Origin: Blastocystis sp. Blastoise | Lineage: Eukaryota; Protista; Bigyra: Opalinata | Assembly: GCA_039096225.1 (NCBI GenBank) | Contig: JBBPEB010000014.1 | Coordinates: forward strand, 992,001-1,056,000 | Reading direction: 5' to 3' | DNA: 64,000 nt | Shown: one piece after another, positions 44,121 to 64,000 of the stretch | Layout of the letters: the number at the start of each line of letters is the position of its first letter | Position numbering within the stretch: position 1 is the stretch's first letter | The notes under the pieces: model-generated | Told to the model about the DNA's origin: nothing | The model's input: the letters and a program-made list of their open reading frames with translations, nothing else | The model's database searches: none | Program-made: the position numbers and the translations under genes

Positions 44121-44956
44121 TTTTAATAACTTCTGAAGACTATTTTATATATAAAAAGAAATAATGCTTGGATGAATGTGACCAAAACTTGTTTTGAAAG
44201 ACAGTACAATATATTTACAACAAAGAATTTATGTGTTTAAATCTGAATTCTAACGTTTCAAATTCTGTAAATATATAAATATATAAAAAATAGTGAAACA
44301 TGACTAAAATTTTTTCGATCAAAAATTTTACAAAAAAAATTTTTTTGTTTTTTATTTTTGTAATAACCAATATTTAGGTCATATATAAAAATAATAAATT
44401 AATATTTAGATTATACATATAGTATCACTTATAGTAACTTTACTTAGAAGACATTGAAATATCATTTGTTTGATGCTCAGCAAAATAACTTTGTATTTAT
44501 GCAAATATCTGTATGTTTCATATATATATAGATATTCTATATATTGTAGATTGATACTCATGATTAAACTATTATAGTACTGCTGACATTTATAACGAAA
44601 TCATAAACATGTGGTTTGAATATGGAAAATGAAAAAATAATTCAATAATTCAAATAGTAAATGTATAAATTATTTATTTTCAAAGTGGATTCAATAATGT
44701 TTAAAGATTTGAAAGAAAGAAATAAACACTATAGATCAATCAAAATTTACACTCATATTTAAAAAAGAAAATTTATAATATATAACGAATTATAATGAAA
44801 AAAAGATAAGTGATAATAGAGAAATAAATAATAAATAATATAAAACACGTATAAATTAAGAATAGAAGAAAAATTATATAACAACAAAACATAACAAGAA
44901 AAATCTAAAAAAAAGATAATATTATTTATGAAGTAAATATATAATATATATATGAA

Positions 44957-45071
44957 TTATTCAGAATCCGTATTTATCCAAGTTATTTCTCCATCTAATG
45001 AATTACCTCTTTCTTCAGGACGGACATAGACCAGTTTACCTTCATCTGTTATATCTGACTCATTCTTATTT

Positions 45072-45104
<33 letters not shown>

Positions 45105-47198
45105 TTTTCATTACTAGATGTCTCTTCTTTAACAATATTATCTTGTTTATCATTGGTTTCATTTAGAGATAATACTGTTGAGGATATGAATGGATTAGGA
45201 GAAGAAAAAGGAGGACAAGAAGAAGAAGAAGGACTACTAGTGCTATTACTTATGGAAGATAGTTCAGTAATACTAGTGTTGAGACTATTATTCTGAATAG
45301 TAGAAGAATCTATTTCTGATTTAACTAGAGTATCAGATATACTATTTATTTCTTGATTATTATCTATAGTTATTTCCTCTTGGTTATTAAGTAATATATT
45401 ACTTGATTCATCAATTGTTTCTGGTACTTGATTTATTTGTAATTGATTAGATGATGAAGACAATACATTAATGGAATCTTCTGTTTGAGAATTATCTTCA
45501 TTATCAAAATCAATAGTGACTTCATTCACTTGATTCATATCCCCTGTTAAAGATGTTTCCTCATTTTGTATGGAAGGAATTTTCATATCAATATCTTCAT
45601 AGTTATTAATAGTAGTACTCTCTTTATGGTTAGTAATAGGATCATCATGACTAGTAGATACATTTGTAGAAATACTATGTTGATTCTCTATGGAAATAGT
45701 ACTAGAAGATTCTATTTCACTACTATTTGTAGAACCAGATAACTTTAATTTTGATGATATTGAAGATATTTCTGAAGAATTAGAATCATCTTTTGATTCC
45801 TTTTCAGTATTTTCTTGTATTTCATTCAATTTATTCATTTTTATAGCTTCTTTTTCATAACTATTATTATCTACTTTTTCTTCTTTTTCATGAATAATAT
45901 GTATATTTTCTTTTGTTTTAATATCATTATCATCTTCTTTATTATCATTTTCTTTATTATCATTATCTTCTTTATTATCATCTTCTTTATTATCATCAAC
46001 TTCTTTATTAACATCATCTTCTTTATTATCATCTTTATCATCATCTACTTTATTAACATCATCTTCATTCTTTTTATCTTCTTTTTCAATCACATCCTTT
46101 TCTATTCCTTTTTGATTATCTTTATTAATACATTCCTTATCTCCTTCTATAATCATCTTCTTTTCTAAATATAACGATAAAGGTTGATCACCATCAATTT
46201 CTTCATTCATAGAAGAATGTCCATTAAACTTCCCTATCTTCAATTCATCCTCTTTACAATTACCATAAGGAGAAGGATGCTCATAACGACTATAATCTTC
46301 TTCTGTATTCATCATAGTATATTCATAATTAACAACTTCTTTCTCTTTATAAAACTTATGTATATCATAATCTAATATTTTAGAAGCTTTTAATACTTTC
46401 TTACCTCCAATTTCATTATAAATAGCTTTCATCTTATTATATTCTTGAACTCCTTCTAAATAATCACCTATAAGTCCTTGTAAATCAGAAACAAGAGTAT
46501 TTCGTTTCTCTAAATAATTATCCATAAGAACTGACATAGTATATATAGTCATTCTTTTCTCTTCATTAATAGAAACATAATCATCTTTACTCTTCTTAAA
46601 AGATACACTTACTCCATGCAAACTCTTCTGAGCTTCAACTAAATCTCTATACATATATATATATATCATAAAATTATAGTATTATAACAAAAATAATTAT
46701 ATAGTCTAACAAAAAAAAATATGTAAATAAAAAAATAATATTATCATTATACTTTTGATTAATTTTCATTTTCTTCTTTAATTTAATAAGTTCCACAGTT
46801 CTTTCCTTATTAATATCTTTCTCACAATTATTTATCTTATATTGCATGTCTCTTAAATTCTTATATATTTTTTCATTACGCTTATTCTTCTGCATATATT
46901 CTTTCACAAGAAGGGATAAAACATTCTTTTTCATTTGATACTATACAATAAATACTTTTATCGTCATTCTTAGTATGAATAATTATACTTGGTTTAAATA
47001 TATAATATATATATATAATAAATACTTGAACTGTTAAATCAGAAATATCATATTTTTCTGATGAATCAACCTATATATATATATAGCTAATATATTAAAT
47101 GTAATATATAGCATACATCAGGTAAAGCATTATCAAAGATAATCATCGTTTGGTCCTTATCAAAGCCTATACATGAAAATATATAATAACAATATTAT

Positions 47199-47280
<82 letters not shown>

Positions 47281-48466
47281 TTTCAGGAATATCATCTTCA
47301 AGAGATTCTTCGTCATGTGTCATTGGGGGATTCTCCTCTTTATTTCCACTTTTCGACATATCCTCTTTATCTTGAGACACAAACAGGGATCCTCTATCTA
47401 GATTGTCAATATCTTCGGAAGGATCTTCTTCGTACATAGTATCTTGTATATCTTCTTTCTCTAAACTAATCTTTAATGGATCTTCATGAGTATAAAAACG
47501 ATTTAATTCTTCTTTATATTCTTCAGTTTTTCCATTATTCATATCAAAAGGATCATAATCATCATATATATCCTCTTTTCCTTGAGGAATAGAATCATCA
47601 TCATCCTTTGATTGTATTGTAGTTGAATCAGAATTACGACTAAAAAACCATCCTTTTTTCTTATTTGAAGTAGACTTAGAAGATTCTACAGAAGTAGAAG
47701 AAGTATGACTAGCAGTATTTGTTGTTGGCATAGTAGTATTATTAACAAGCATATCATCTATAAATGTATCTGTTTGTACTTCAGGAGTAGTAGTAAATAC
47801 ATCTTCAATTGAACTTAATAACTATATGTATAATTAAGATATATATTTAAACAACATAATTATAATATAATATAATTAATATAATATAATATATAATATA
47901 ATATATAATAAAATAAATCATAATATATAATATATAATATATAATATATAATATATAATATATAATATATAATATATAATAAAATAAATCACAATAAAAT
48001 AAATCACAATATAATATAATATAGAATAATAATTATTTATAAAAATACGTCAATAGAATCATGTGTTTGTGCTTCTTCTTCAGCAGTAGGATAGTCAGTA
48101 TTCACATTTGCAGTAACATTTGAAAAATCAGTTTCTATGAAATTGGAAACTTTATCTGTTTCAGCCTATAATATATAAATAATAATGGATTAAATCAAAT
48201 CATTATAAAAATTTAAATAAATAAATAAATAACAAAAGTTTCATATACGAAAAAGTCTTTGACCATATTCTGAGTAAATAATGGTTGCTGAGAAACCTAT
48301 ATGCGACATTGATAGAATAAACTAAAAAGTCAGTAACATACATTTTGATTTGCTTTTTGCAACCAACCTGAATTCTCGATATCAAAGCTAGTAGGCTATT
48401 AAAGAAAAGATCTATTAGAAACATAGAATAAGAATAAGATACGCTCTTTTTATGGGATTTCTTCAT
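44957..48466 (-). CDS. Hypothetical acidic low-complexity protein with a central helical/coiled-coil (possibly BAR-like) segment; start uncertain
   Basis: Phase-compatible exons MKKSHKKS|PTSFDIENSGWLQKANQN|VSQQPLFTQNMVKDFF|AETDKV.. join ORFs 47201-47752, 46674-46934 and 44957-46669. Contains NKEDD repeats. No family recognised. Confidence 0.65.
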
Positions 48467-48844
48467 TAAAACTGATACTCTATAAAAATTTAGTCTTTTA
48501 TAACAAAGAGAATATACATGAAAACTCTGTATAGAGAGAAATCAATCTATAAAAGAAAAATAATAATAATGTTTCATTTCCTTTTTAAAATCACGATTAT
48601 TTTCATTTTTCCGGGGTATTTTCCTTATGTTTAAATGTCATCACAAAGTATTTCATACTTAATAAACACTTTGGTTTTCTATATTTAAAGTTGTGCTTAT
48701 TCTATTTATTAGTTATCAATTAAATATTATTCCTTGTAGAACTATTTTAAGTTTGCTTATGATCAGTAAGTAATTTTTTTTATCGAATTCATCATATTCT
48801 TTTCTTTTTAATTTACAAAGTATTACAGTAAGCAATATATATAG

Positions 48845-52633
<3,789 letters not shown>

Positions 52634-53115
52634 TTCTTTTTCTCTTTTATGCTTTTATTCTTGTTTATATTTTTCTCTTTTTTAAATCAACATTCTCCAG
52701 TTTTCGTTTTATTTTTTTTTAAATATTTTTCTCTTCATTTAGTTTTTTTAATTTATATATTATTCAAACATTTGTTTTTATTATTAACAAGTATATCAAA
52801 AAACATGTTTTACAAAATGCTAGTTAAACTATATACTATTCAACTAACAGCAAAAAAACAAAGGACATTAATTGCATAGTACAATTAGCTACGAAGATAT
52901 TATCCAATAAAATGCAATAGATACAAGAACAGATAAACAAGAAATAATGAAAAAAGAACAAAAAAAAATAAGAATTTAATCAAATATCCTAATAAATAAA
53001 TATAAAAATATAGAGAATATATATATATAGTCTATATAAATATATATAATATATGCAAACTATTTTCTTGATGTTATTAAAAGAGTATTCTTATTTGGCA
53101 GACAATCGAGTGAAC

Positions 53116-54503
53116 TTAATCGCGAGCACCAGAATAGCTACGTCTATTATCGGAGGATACAGGACTATCATTATGATAATTATTCACAGGAGAAGCACTG
53201 CCGTTTCTAGAGTTACTAGGGGCATGAGCAGGTATATCCATATTTCTAGGCATAGAATCATCACGACGAGAACTATGTCTAGCTTCATAACGAGGACTAG
53301 AATCACGAGAACGACTACGTCTTCGGCTATCTCTCATCGAATCATGATGACTATGTTCACGTCTATCTGTAGAATGACTAGAACGTCTATTACTACTATA
53401 ACGATCGTGTCTATCTCTATTATATCTACTAGAACTATCACGATCATGATTATAATGATCATTACGACGTTCCATCGTCTTAGGAAGGAACTGACGACAC
53501 ACTAAAGTACAACCATCAACTTCCTAAAGAATATAGTATGTATGTATTATATAAAATAATATTTAAATATAATAATATAATATTTAATATTTAATAAAAA
53601 CATATTAAAAATATATATATAATAAAAAAAAAATAATAAAAAACTATATATATAATAAAATAATAAATAAATAAAAAAAAAAAATAAAAATATAAAAAAC
53701 ATATATACCTTTCCATTAAGAGCATCAATAGCATGTCTCATTTGATCTTCAGTAGCAAAACGAACATAAGCAAGTCCTTTGAATTCATGAGTTTGACGAT
53801 CAACACCAAGTTTATTTTCACGAATTTCACCATAACCAGAACAAAGATCTTCTACTTCATGTTCCGTATATTGCTTAGGAAGATTACTAACAACTATTTT
53901 ATTTTCATCATTCCATTGAGGTCTACCCATAGGTTCACGTCTTTCGTATCTATCATGACTATCACGTCTATCATGTCTATCGTATCTATCATGTCTATCG
54001 TATCTGTCATATCTATCATGACTTCTATGATAGTCATCATCACGATAACGATCACGACGTTCATGATAATCATCACGATCAGGACGACTTTCACGACGGC
54101 GACTACGATCAGCAACTTGAACGGTTACTGTTCTATTACCCATATTCTACAAAAAATTATTTAAAAAAAATGAATGTTTAAAAAAAGATATAATATTTAA
54201 AAAAAAATAGTAAATATTAACTATAAGTATATACCATTCCACTCTTAGAAAGAGCTTGTTGAACACAGTCAGGATCATCAAAGATTATAAAACCAAAACC
54301 ACGAGACTTTTCAGTTTCTCTATCCTTAATAATATTGACATCCATGATATGACCAATATCTGCGAATCTGTCGCGGAGATCGTCTTCGGTAGTTTCATAA
54401 GGAAGACCTACAATCATGTAAGCAATCAAAGAACAATGAAATCGAGCACTTCGTCTTTCACAAGTATCCTCATACCTAAGCATATAATTTTGTTTTCGGA
54501 CAT
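53116..54503 (-). CDS. Two-RRM, Arg/Asp/Ser-rich RNA-binding protein (SR/CIRBP-like), 4 exons
   Basis: MSENKIICLG|LPYETTEDDL..KSRGFGFIIF (RNP1), then an RD/RHD-repeat linker, a second RRM KIVVSNLP..FKGLAYVRF..LNGK|EVDGCTL, and an RS-rich tail. Confidence 0.93.
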
Positions 54504-55091
54504 TTTGACACGGACCAAAGGAAACAAAGAGTATGTATTGAAAAGTTCAAAAATATAAATAACTATTTATGTAAATTTCTTTTATAAAACCCAGCAGACA
54601 AATATCATTAAGCTCAAATATATTGGTAAATATCGGAAATCGTGTTTATAAACCAATGAAAATTGACAAAAAAATACTGTATATTCGGTTTCTATCAAAA
54701 AAAAATAAAAAGAATCACGGGAATTTTCTAAAAACTGAATAGTAAAACAAAAACTAGTTATATAGGATTAATGTCTACATTAAGTATTTACTACTTATGA
54801 AATAAAAGAACAGGATCAGAAGGAACAACCATATAAATATAGCAATAAGTAGACTCTTTACTTTTGTTGTAAAATGATATTCCCCTGGTTATATCTCTGT
54901 TTTGAGGCACCGTCCAAAATAGGGTTTGTTACAAAGACTCTCTTGGGATACAAAATTCCCAATGAATTCGATTTCTGGCTTTTATTATGAGGTTCATGAG
55001 ATTCAATAAGATATTTCTGGGGTAGGAGAGTTTCTTTAAGTAGAGTATGGCGGACCCTGGTCCGAAAGCTCATTTACCGTCTAGGAGATTT

Positions 55092-55099
55092 GCGGGAAA
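55092..55099 (-). promoter_or_regulatory. Canonical E2F site TTTCCCGC upstream of the CXC/LIN54-like gene
   Basis: GCGGGAAA on the + strand, about 150 bp upstream of ATG 55248, is an exact TTTSSCGC match in an AT-rich context. Confidence 0.5.
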
Positions 55100-55247
55100 T
55101 TTTTTCTTTTTTATAAATTGAGTGTTTTTAAATATTGTCTGTTTTTTTCAAATACTATACTATTCTGCTTTGATTTAAGCATATCTAAAATATAAATTTT
55201 TAAAAGATACAAGTTTTTCTTCATTATTTCAAAGAATATAAATACAA

Positions 55248-59571
<4,324 letters not shown>

Positions 59572-60846
59572 AGTTCTTTTTTAAATATATTTTTTTATTG
59601 ACTTTATAGGGATGTATATATTTCCACTTTTCTTTTTCTCATCTTATTTACAATTTTTTATTTCATCACTTCTATTATTTAAAATGTAATACAAGTCACT
59701 TTTTCAATTTTTACTTTTTTTTGTCTTTTTTGTAATAGCTTTTTTATTTATTTTCTTTTTTTTTAATTTTCTTTCCTATTTATATTACAGTAAGTTAAGT
59801 TTTTATTATGTTTTGTATATCTCTGTATTTATAATACTTGATAAAGAAACGATTATTTTAAAAATATATATTTTTGATTATTAAACATGTCACTCATTGA
59901 GATAGCATACTTTACTTTGTCATATCTCTATTATATTATTCCTATTTCGTCATGTGAACAAAAAGCATCAAGATGATAACAAAATGAGAAATTATTCAAC
60001 AAAAAAGTATCAATCCAAAAATAGAATATGAAAATGAAAATAAAACATATAAAAAAAAATACGTAAATAAGGAGAAATTTCTATTAATCTTTGAAGTATT
60101 ATATAAAAACAACTTTAAAATGTAATTATACAACCAAACATTAAAAATAAAAATAGAAAAAAAGAAACTATTTAAATATATATACTAAAAAAATAAAACA
60201 AAGTTTATGAAATGAATAAAAATAAATGAGAACTTATAAGAAAATGAATGGGAATGAATTTTTACAAAGGGATAAAGACTATATGAGAATAATAAATACA
60301 CATACATACATAGAAGGGGTAAAAAATATTAAAAAAAAAAAAAAAAAGAATTTAATAATTCTAAAAAAAATACGTATTTTAAATAAATAGAATATTTTCA
60401 ATTTATGGAAAGAAACTTAATGTGAATATAATGATAACAGTATAAATGATTGATTAATTAAATATTTGAGATTGATAATAAATTACTACTATATATATTT
60501 ATATATATATATATGAAAGTACTAAAAGGAAGCAATTTTGAGAATCAGAGAGACATACATAACTTTAAAAAAAAAGTTATTTAAAAAAAATAAATATATG
60601 GTATATATATTATATATATATAATATATTAAAAGAAAAAATAAATTTAAAAAAGACAAATATACTAAGATATAAAAGAAGAGTTTAAAAAATATATATTA
60701 TAAATTATAATTGTAAAAGAGATGATCATAAAATAGCTAATAATCAATATATATATGTAAAATTGATATTAATTATTATTTTATATAAATAACATGAAAA
60801 ATATAAAACATATATATAAATATATAAATACTAATTTCCTTTATAT

Positions 60847-63800
60847 TTATTCTTCAGCAGGTAATTTTTCTTCATCATAATAATCAGGTAAATAGATACG
60901 AACTGTCTTGTCATCAATCTTAAAAATATATTCACCATTAGTTTTACCAATAAGTTTTTGCATGGATTCTAATATAGTATTTGACCAGTCACCAAATAAA
61001 TGACCACGAATTCGACTAGCTTTATCACATACATTACTATTCATATAATTATAAAAACCACGAATTTCAGTAGTATCTTTAACTCTTAAGACAACATTAA
61101 ATGAGGTACCACCATAAACAAGAGGAGATTCGGACTGAATAGAAATACCTTCAATATTATATACATTAACATCACGAGTATAATGAGTATAAGCACCATC
61201 AGGTTGATTATAGACTTCTCTCATTAATGTACGTTGAAGAGCATAACGGACATCAAAATTAGCAGCACGAGGATCTAAACCATCAATATATACAACCATA
61301 GGTAAATCCCACCAAGTCATATTAATAATTTGAACAACACTATTTGTACTAGGTTTATCAAAATAGCTACCAAAATATTCAGGTTTACATAATCTAGTAA
61401 TCTTACCATTATAATTTTGTTCAATACTATCAGGAACAGGAGTATAAGCATAATAGAAAACTTCAGTTTCTTCAAAAGGAACATTTTCTAATACTACACT
61501 AACAGGATTCGAAGTAATATTATTAGGATAATAAATAATAGGTACATTAGCAGTGTCAGCTTTACATTTAGCAGAATTTTCTTTAGTAATAACATCTTGG
61601 AAGGAGAAATAACGAGTAGTAAATATTTCAGGATCAACAGAAGCTAAAATATTCTTTAAATTATCAGCAAATTCAGCATCAATTAATACTTCACTAACAG
61701 CATTAGATGTACCAAATTGACTATCAATAACAAAATCATATTCATTTCTATAATTACTAGAATCAGAAGTAAACATACGTCTAGTCATATAAATATCACG
61801 AATAGGAATACTAAAAGCTTCTTTAAGAGCAGATAAGATTTCTTCAAAGAACCATCCAGAAGCATTTAAGAAAGAAATATCATCTCCAGAAGCAAGAGCT
61901 TCATCAAGTTCTAAAATAGCATGTACTTGAGTATAAGCATGACCAGAAGGAACAGTAGCTAAATCTACACCTTGATCTAAAGAAGCTAATATACAAGGAA
62001 TATTCTTTGTATAAATTTCAGCACGTAATGTCATTTCATTATATACACAATATTGTTGAACATAATAACCATCAGTATTACAAGTAGATTCAATCATATT
62101 ATTCAAAGGAATTTCTACTGAGCTCATAGTATTACTATCACCTCCAGAAAGAGATGAACATATAGGACGACTATATATACGAACAACTTTTTGGCCAATA
62201 GTACATACGAAAGGAGTATAAGAAGAAATACTAAAAGCAAATTGATATAAAGCATTTCCAGAAACAAGAGAAATATCAATAGTGTTACTACCATGTGGAA
62301 TAACAACATTATTTAAGGTACAAACAACTTCAGTATCTACATTAACAATATTATCTTTAGAAGGAATATTTAAAGTACTTCCTTGAGTTGTAACATAAGC
62401 ATCAGCCATATTAACGTTCTTAGTAACAGTAAGCATATAAGTAGAACTTACACCAGAATAATATTCAGCAGTAGTAGCACTAGGAACAGAGGTAACAGTA
62501 GCATAGAAAGTGAATGCAGCATCATTAGGATTAGCAGCTCTTCCAGTAACACCAGCAGTATAGGAAGTAGCAGTAGAATCTAAAATAAATCCATAATCAG
62601 CACAATTAACAACAGTCTTAGTAACACCAGAATCAGTAGAAGTATAACAAGAAAGAGAATATGTATTAATAACAGTACAAGCAGCAGGAGTAGAATCTGA
62701 CATATCAGTACAAAGGAATTTGAAATCATAATTTTGTCCTTCCATAACAGTAACTCCAGCAGCAGGAATATCATTACCAGTACTATCAGAAACAGTAAAA
62801 GCAGCAGGTTGAACAATAAAAATATCAAAATTATAAGTACATAAAGTAGAACTAAGAAGATCATGACGATCTATACTATCATTATTAATAACAGCATATT
62901 TGGAACCTTCATAACTTGCATAAACTCTTTCAGTAGGAAGATCACCACCATAATAAGAAGAATCATCAACAATACGTATATACATCATAGAAGGATGAAC
63001 TTGAGTGACTACAGAGTCAGTATAGACATCAGTATAAGTAATAGCTTCAACAGAATTACTAGTAGACCAAGCAGTACAAGAAGCATATTGATAAACACCA
63101 GCAGAAGTAGTAGCAACAGGATAAGAACGTAAACGAATTTCATAAGTTTGTTTATTTTGTAAGCATAAGAAAACTCTAAAGAAAGGATCAAAACGTTTAG
63201 AAGCAAAACTAGCTAAACCAAAATAAGAATTCTTTAATGTTACTTCATTATTAATAACATCTTTAGTATAAATTTCAAAACCTTCAGAACCACCAGAAAC
63301 AGTAGCTAATTTATCGAAAATAACAACACGTTCTTCAGATTGACAAATCATAGGACCAATATCAACATTAATAGTAGCAGATTGAGAAATAGAATTAACA
63401 TTACCAGATTCAGTGTAAGTAGCAGTAAAACCGAAATCACCAACAATATATCCAGTAAGACTCTTACTAGTATCACTAGTAACAGTTTGAGATAAGACAG
63501 AAATAGTAAGATAAGAATCAGTATTCCATGAAATAGCAGTTAATACATTACCATTAGTATCAACAGTAGACATTTCTAATTGATATTGAGAAGAAGAAGC
63601 TTCTAAGCAAACAGCATATTCAGCTACAACATTAGAAACACCAGGACCACCACGTAATAAATGAGAAGTCCAATCATCAGTAGATAATTTAGTTGAACCA
63701 ACAACATTACCATTAACAGATAAAGTGAAAACTTCATAATTAGAAGAAGTAGAATAGACTCTAGTAAAAATAACAGGATATTGAGCAGGTACAGCACTTT

Positions 63801-64000
63801 CATCACACTTAAATCTAGAAATAGTAAATCTAGATGAAATAGTACTTGAATCAGCACCATTCTTAATAGTTACATCAACAGATTCACTACCTTGTAAATC
63901 GATAGTACCTCCAAAAAGTAATTGATTGGTATTGAAAGAAAGACCAATATCTTGATCATTTTCAACATGATAATAAACACTCTTAAGATAAGGAGAAGTC
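60847..64000 (-). CDS. Large secreted-type protein D, paralog of protein C; its 5' end lies beyond the right edge
   Basis: The frame is open from the window edge to TAA at 60847. It shares with protein C: YLTISVLS, GY.VGDF.FTA, ERVVI.DKL, RF.P.FR.F.CL, YNG..TRLCKP.YF, TWWDLPMVVYI.G.D.RAANFDVRYALQR and YLPDYYD. Confidence 0.9.
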   Translation of the reverse strand, partial: TSPYLKSVYYHVENDQDIGLSFNTNQLLFGGTIDLQGSESVDVTIKNGADSSTISSRFTISRFKCDESAVPAQYPVIFTRVYSTSSNYEVFTLSVNGNVVGSTKLSTDDWTSHLLRGGPGVSNVVAEYAVCLEASSSQYQLEMSTVDTNGNVLTAISWNTDSYLTISVLSQTVTSDTSKSLTGYIVGDFGFTATYTESGNVNSISQSATINVDIGPMICQSEERVVIFDKLATVSGGSEGFEIYTKDVINNEVTLKNSYFGLASFASKRFDPFFRVFLCLQNKQTYEIRLRSYPVATTSAGVYQYASCTAWSTSNSVEAITYTDVYTDSVVTQVHPSMMYIRIVDDSSYYGGDLPTERVYASYEGSKYAVINNDSIDRHDLLSSTLCTYNFDIFIVQPAAFTVSDSTGNDIPAAGVTVMEGQNYDFKFLCTDMSDSTPAACTVINTYSLSCYTSTDSGVTKTVVNCADYGFILDSTATSYTAGVTGRAANPNDAAFTFYATVTSVPSATTAEYYSGVSSTYMLTVTKNVNMADAYVTTQGSTLNIPSKDNIVNVDTEVVCTLNNVVIPHGSNTIDISLVSGNALYQFAFSISSYTPFVCTIGQKVVRIYSRPICSSLSGGDSNTMSSVEIPLNNMIESTCNTDGYYVQQYCVYNEMTLRAEIYTKNIPCILASLDQGVDLATVPSGHAYTQVHAILELDEALASGDDISFLNASGWFFEEILSALKEAFSIPIRDIYMTRRMFTSDSSNYRNEYDFVIDSQFGTSNAVSEVLIDAEFADNLKNILASVDPEIFTTRYFSFQDVITKENSAKCKADTANVPIIYYPNNITSNPVSVVLENVPFEETEVFYYAYTPVPDSIEQNYNGKITRLCKPEYFGSYFDKPSTNSVVQIINMTWWDLPMVVYIDGLDPRAANFDVRYALQRTLMREVYNQPDGAYTHYTRDVNVYNIEGISIQSESPLVYGGTSFNVVLRVKDTTEIRGFYNYMNSNVCDKASRIRGHLFGDWSNTILESMQKLIGKTNGEYIFKIDDKTVRIYLPDYYDEEKLPAEE

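Noticed and set aside
54790-54870. U3 snoRNA-like words (GAACAGGATC, GACTCTTTACTT)
   Set aside because: The order and spacing are wrong, and boxes B, C and the terminal D (CTGA) were not found.
54915-54932. AAACCCTA on the minus strand as a telomerase RNA template
   Set aside because: It is only one repeat unit with no convincing alignment region, it lies within a predicted stem, and the G·U pairs favour the opposite strand.
54858-55073. 71-aa minus-strand ORF as a protein gene
   Set aside because: It has no recognisable motif and its codon usage is unlike the neighbouring genes. It is more simply a by-product of the GC-richer island, though not formally excluded.
59572-60846. Hidden gene or mobile element in long intergenic stretches (also 15106-16060 and 7207-7900)
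   Set aside because: Low-complexity A/T sequence with no ORF, terminal repeats or transposase/RT motifs that I could detect.

Overview
Very AT-rich (roughly 80% A+T by eye), intron-dense eukaryotic genomic DNA with GT-AG introns and the standard genetic code. It is probably from a protist; the surface-protein family resembles those I associate with Blastocystis/Opalinata stramenopiles, but this is inference. By manual splicing I can support 14 protein-coding genes and one tRNA-His(GUG). In order: a transportin-3/importin-13-like karyopherin (cut by the left edge), TMEM260/DUF2723 O-mannosyltransferase, two tandem giant modular type-I surface proteins, a secreted GH31 glycosidase, a 5-TM prominin/tweety-like protein, a Nup50/RanBP1-domain protein, a large secreted protein, a TPR + J-domain co-chaperone, an acidic coiled-coil hypothetical protein, an At3g28720-like membrane protein, a two-RRM SR-type protein, a tesmin/LIN54 CXC protein, and a second paralog of the secreted protein (cut by the right edge). 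Most short ORFs in the supplied track are artefacts of (TA)n and (AAT)n microsatellites. The most interesting signals are: (i) a four-member surface/secreted superfamily that mixes bacterial-type sugar-binding and Ig modules with hormone-receptor-like and SEA-like modules, and sits beside TMEM260 and a GH31; (ii) one 11-bp palindrome, TATCTCAGATA, embedded six times in unrelated (AAT)n arrays; (iii) a G·U-supported structured ~250-nt island that may be an unannotated ncRNA; (iv) microsatellite tracts that switch between intron and poly-Asn exon status. Exon boundaries were read by eye and no database searches were run.
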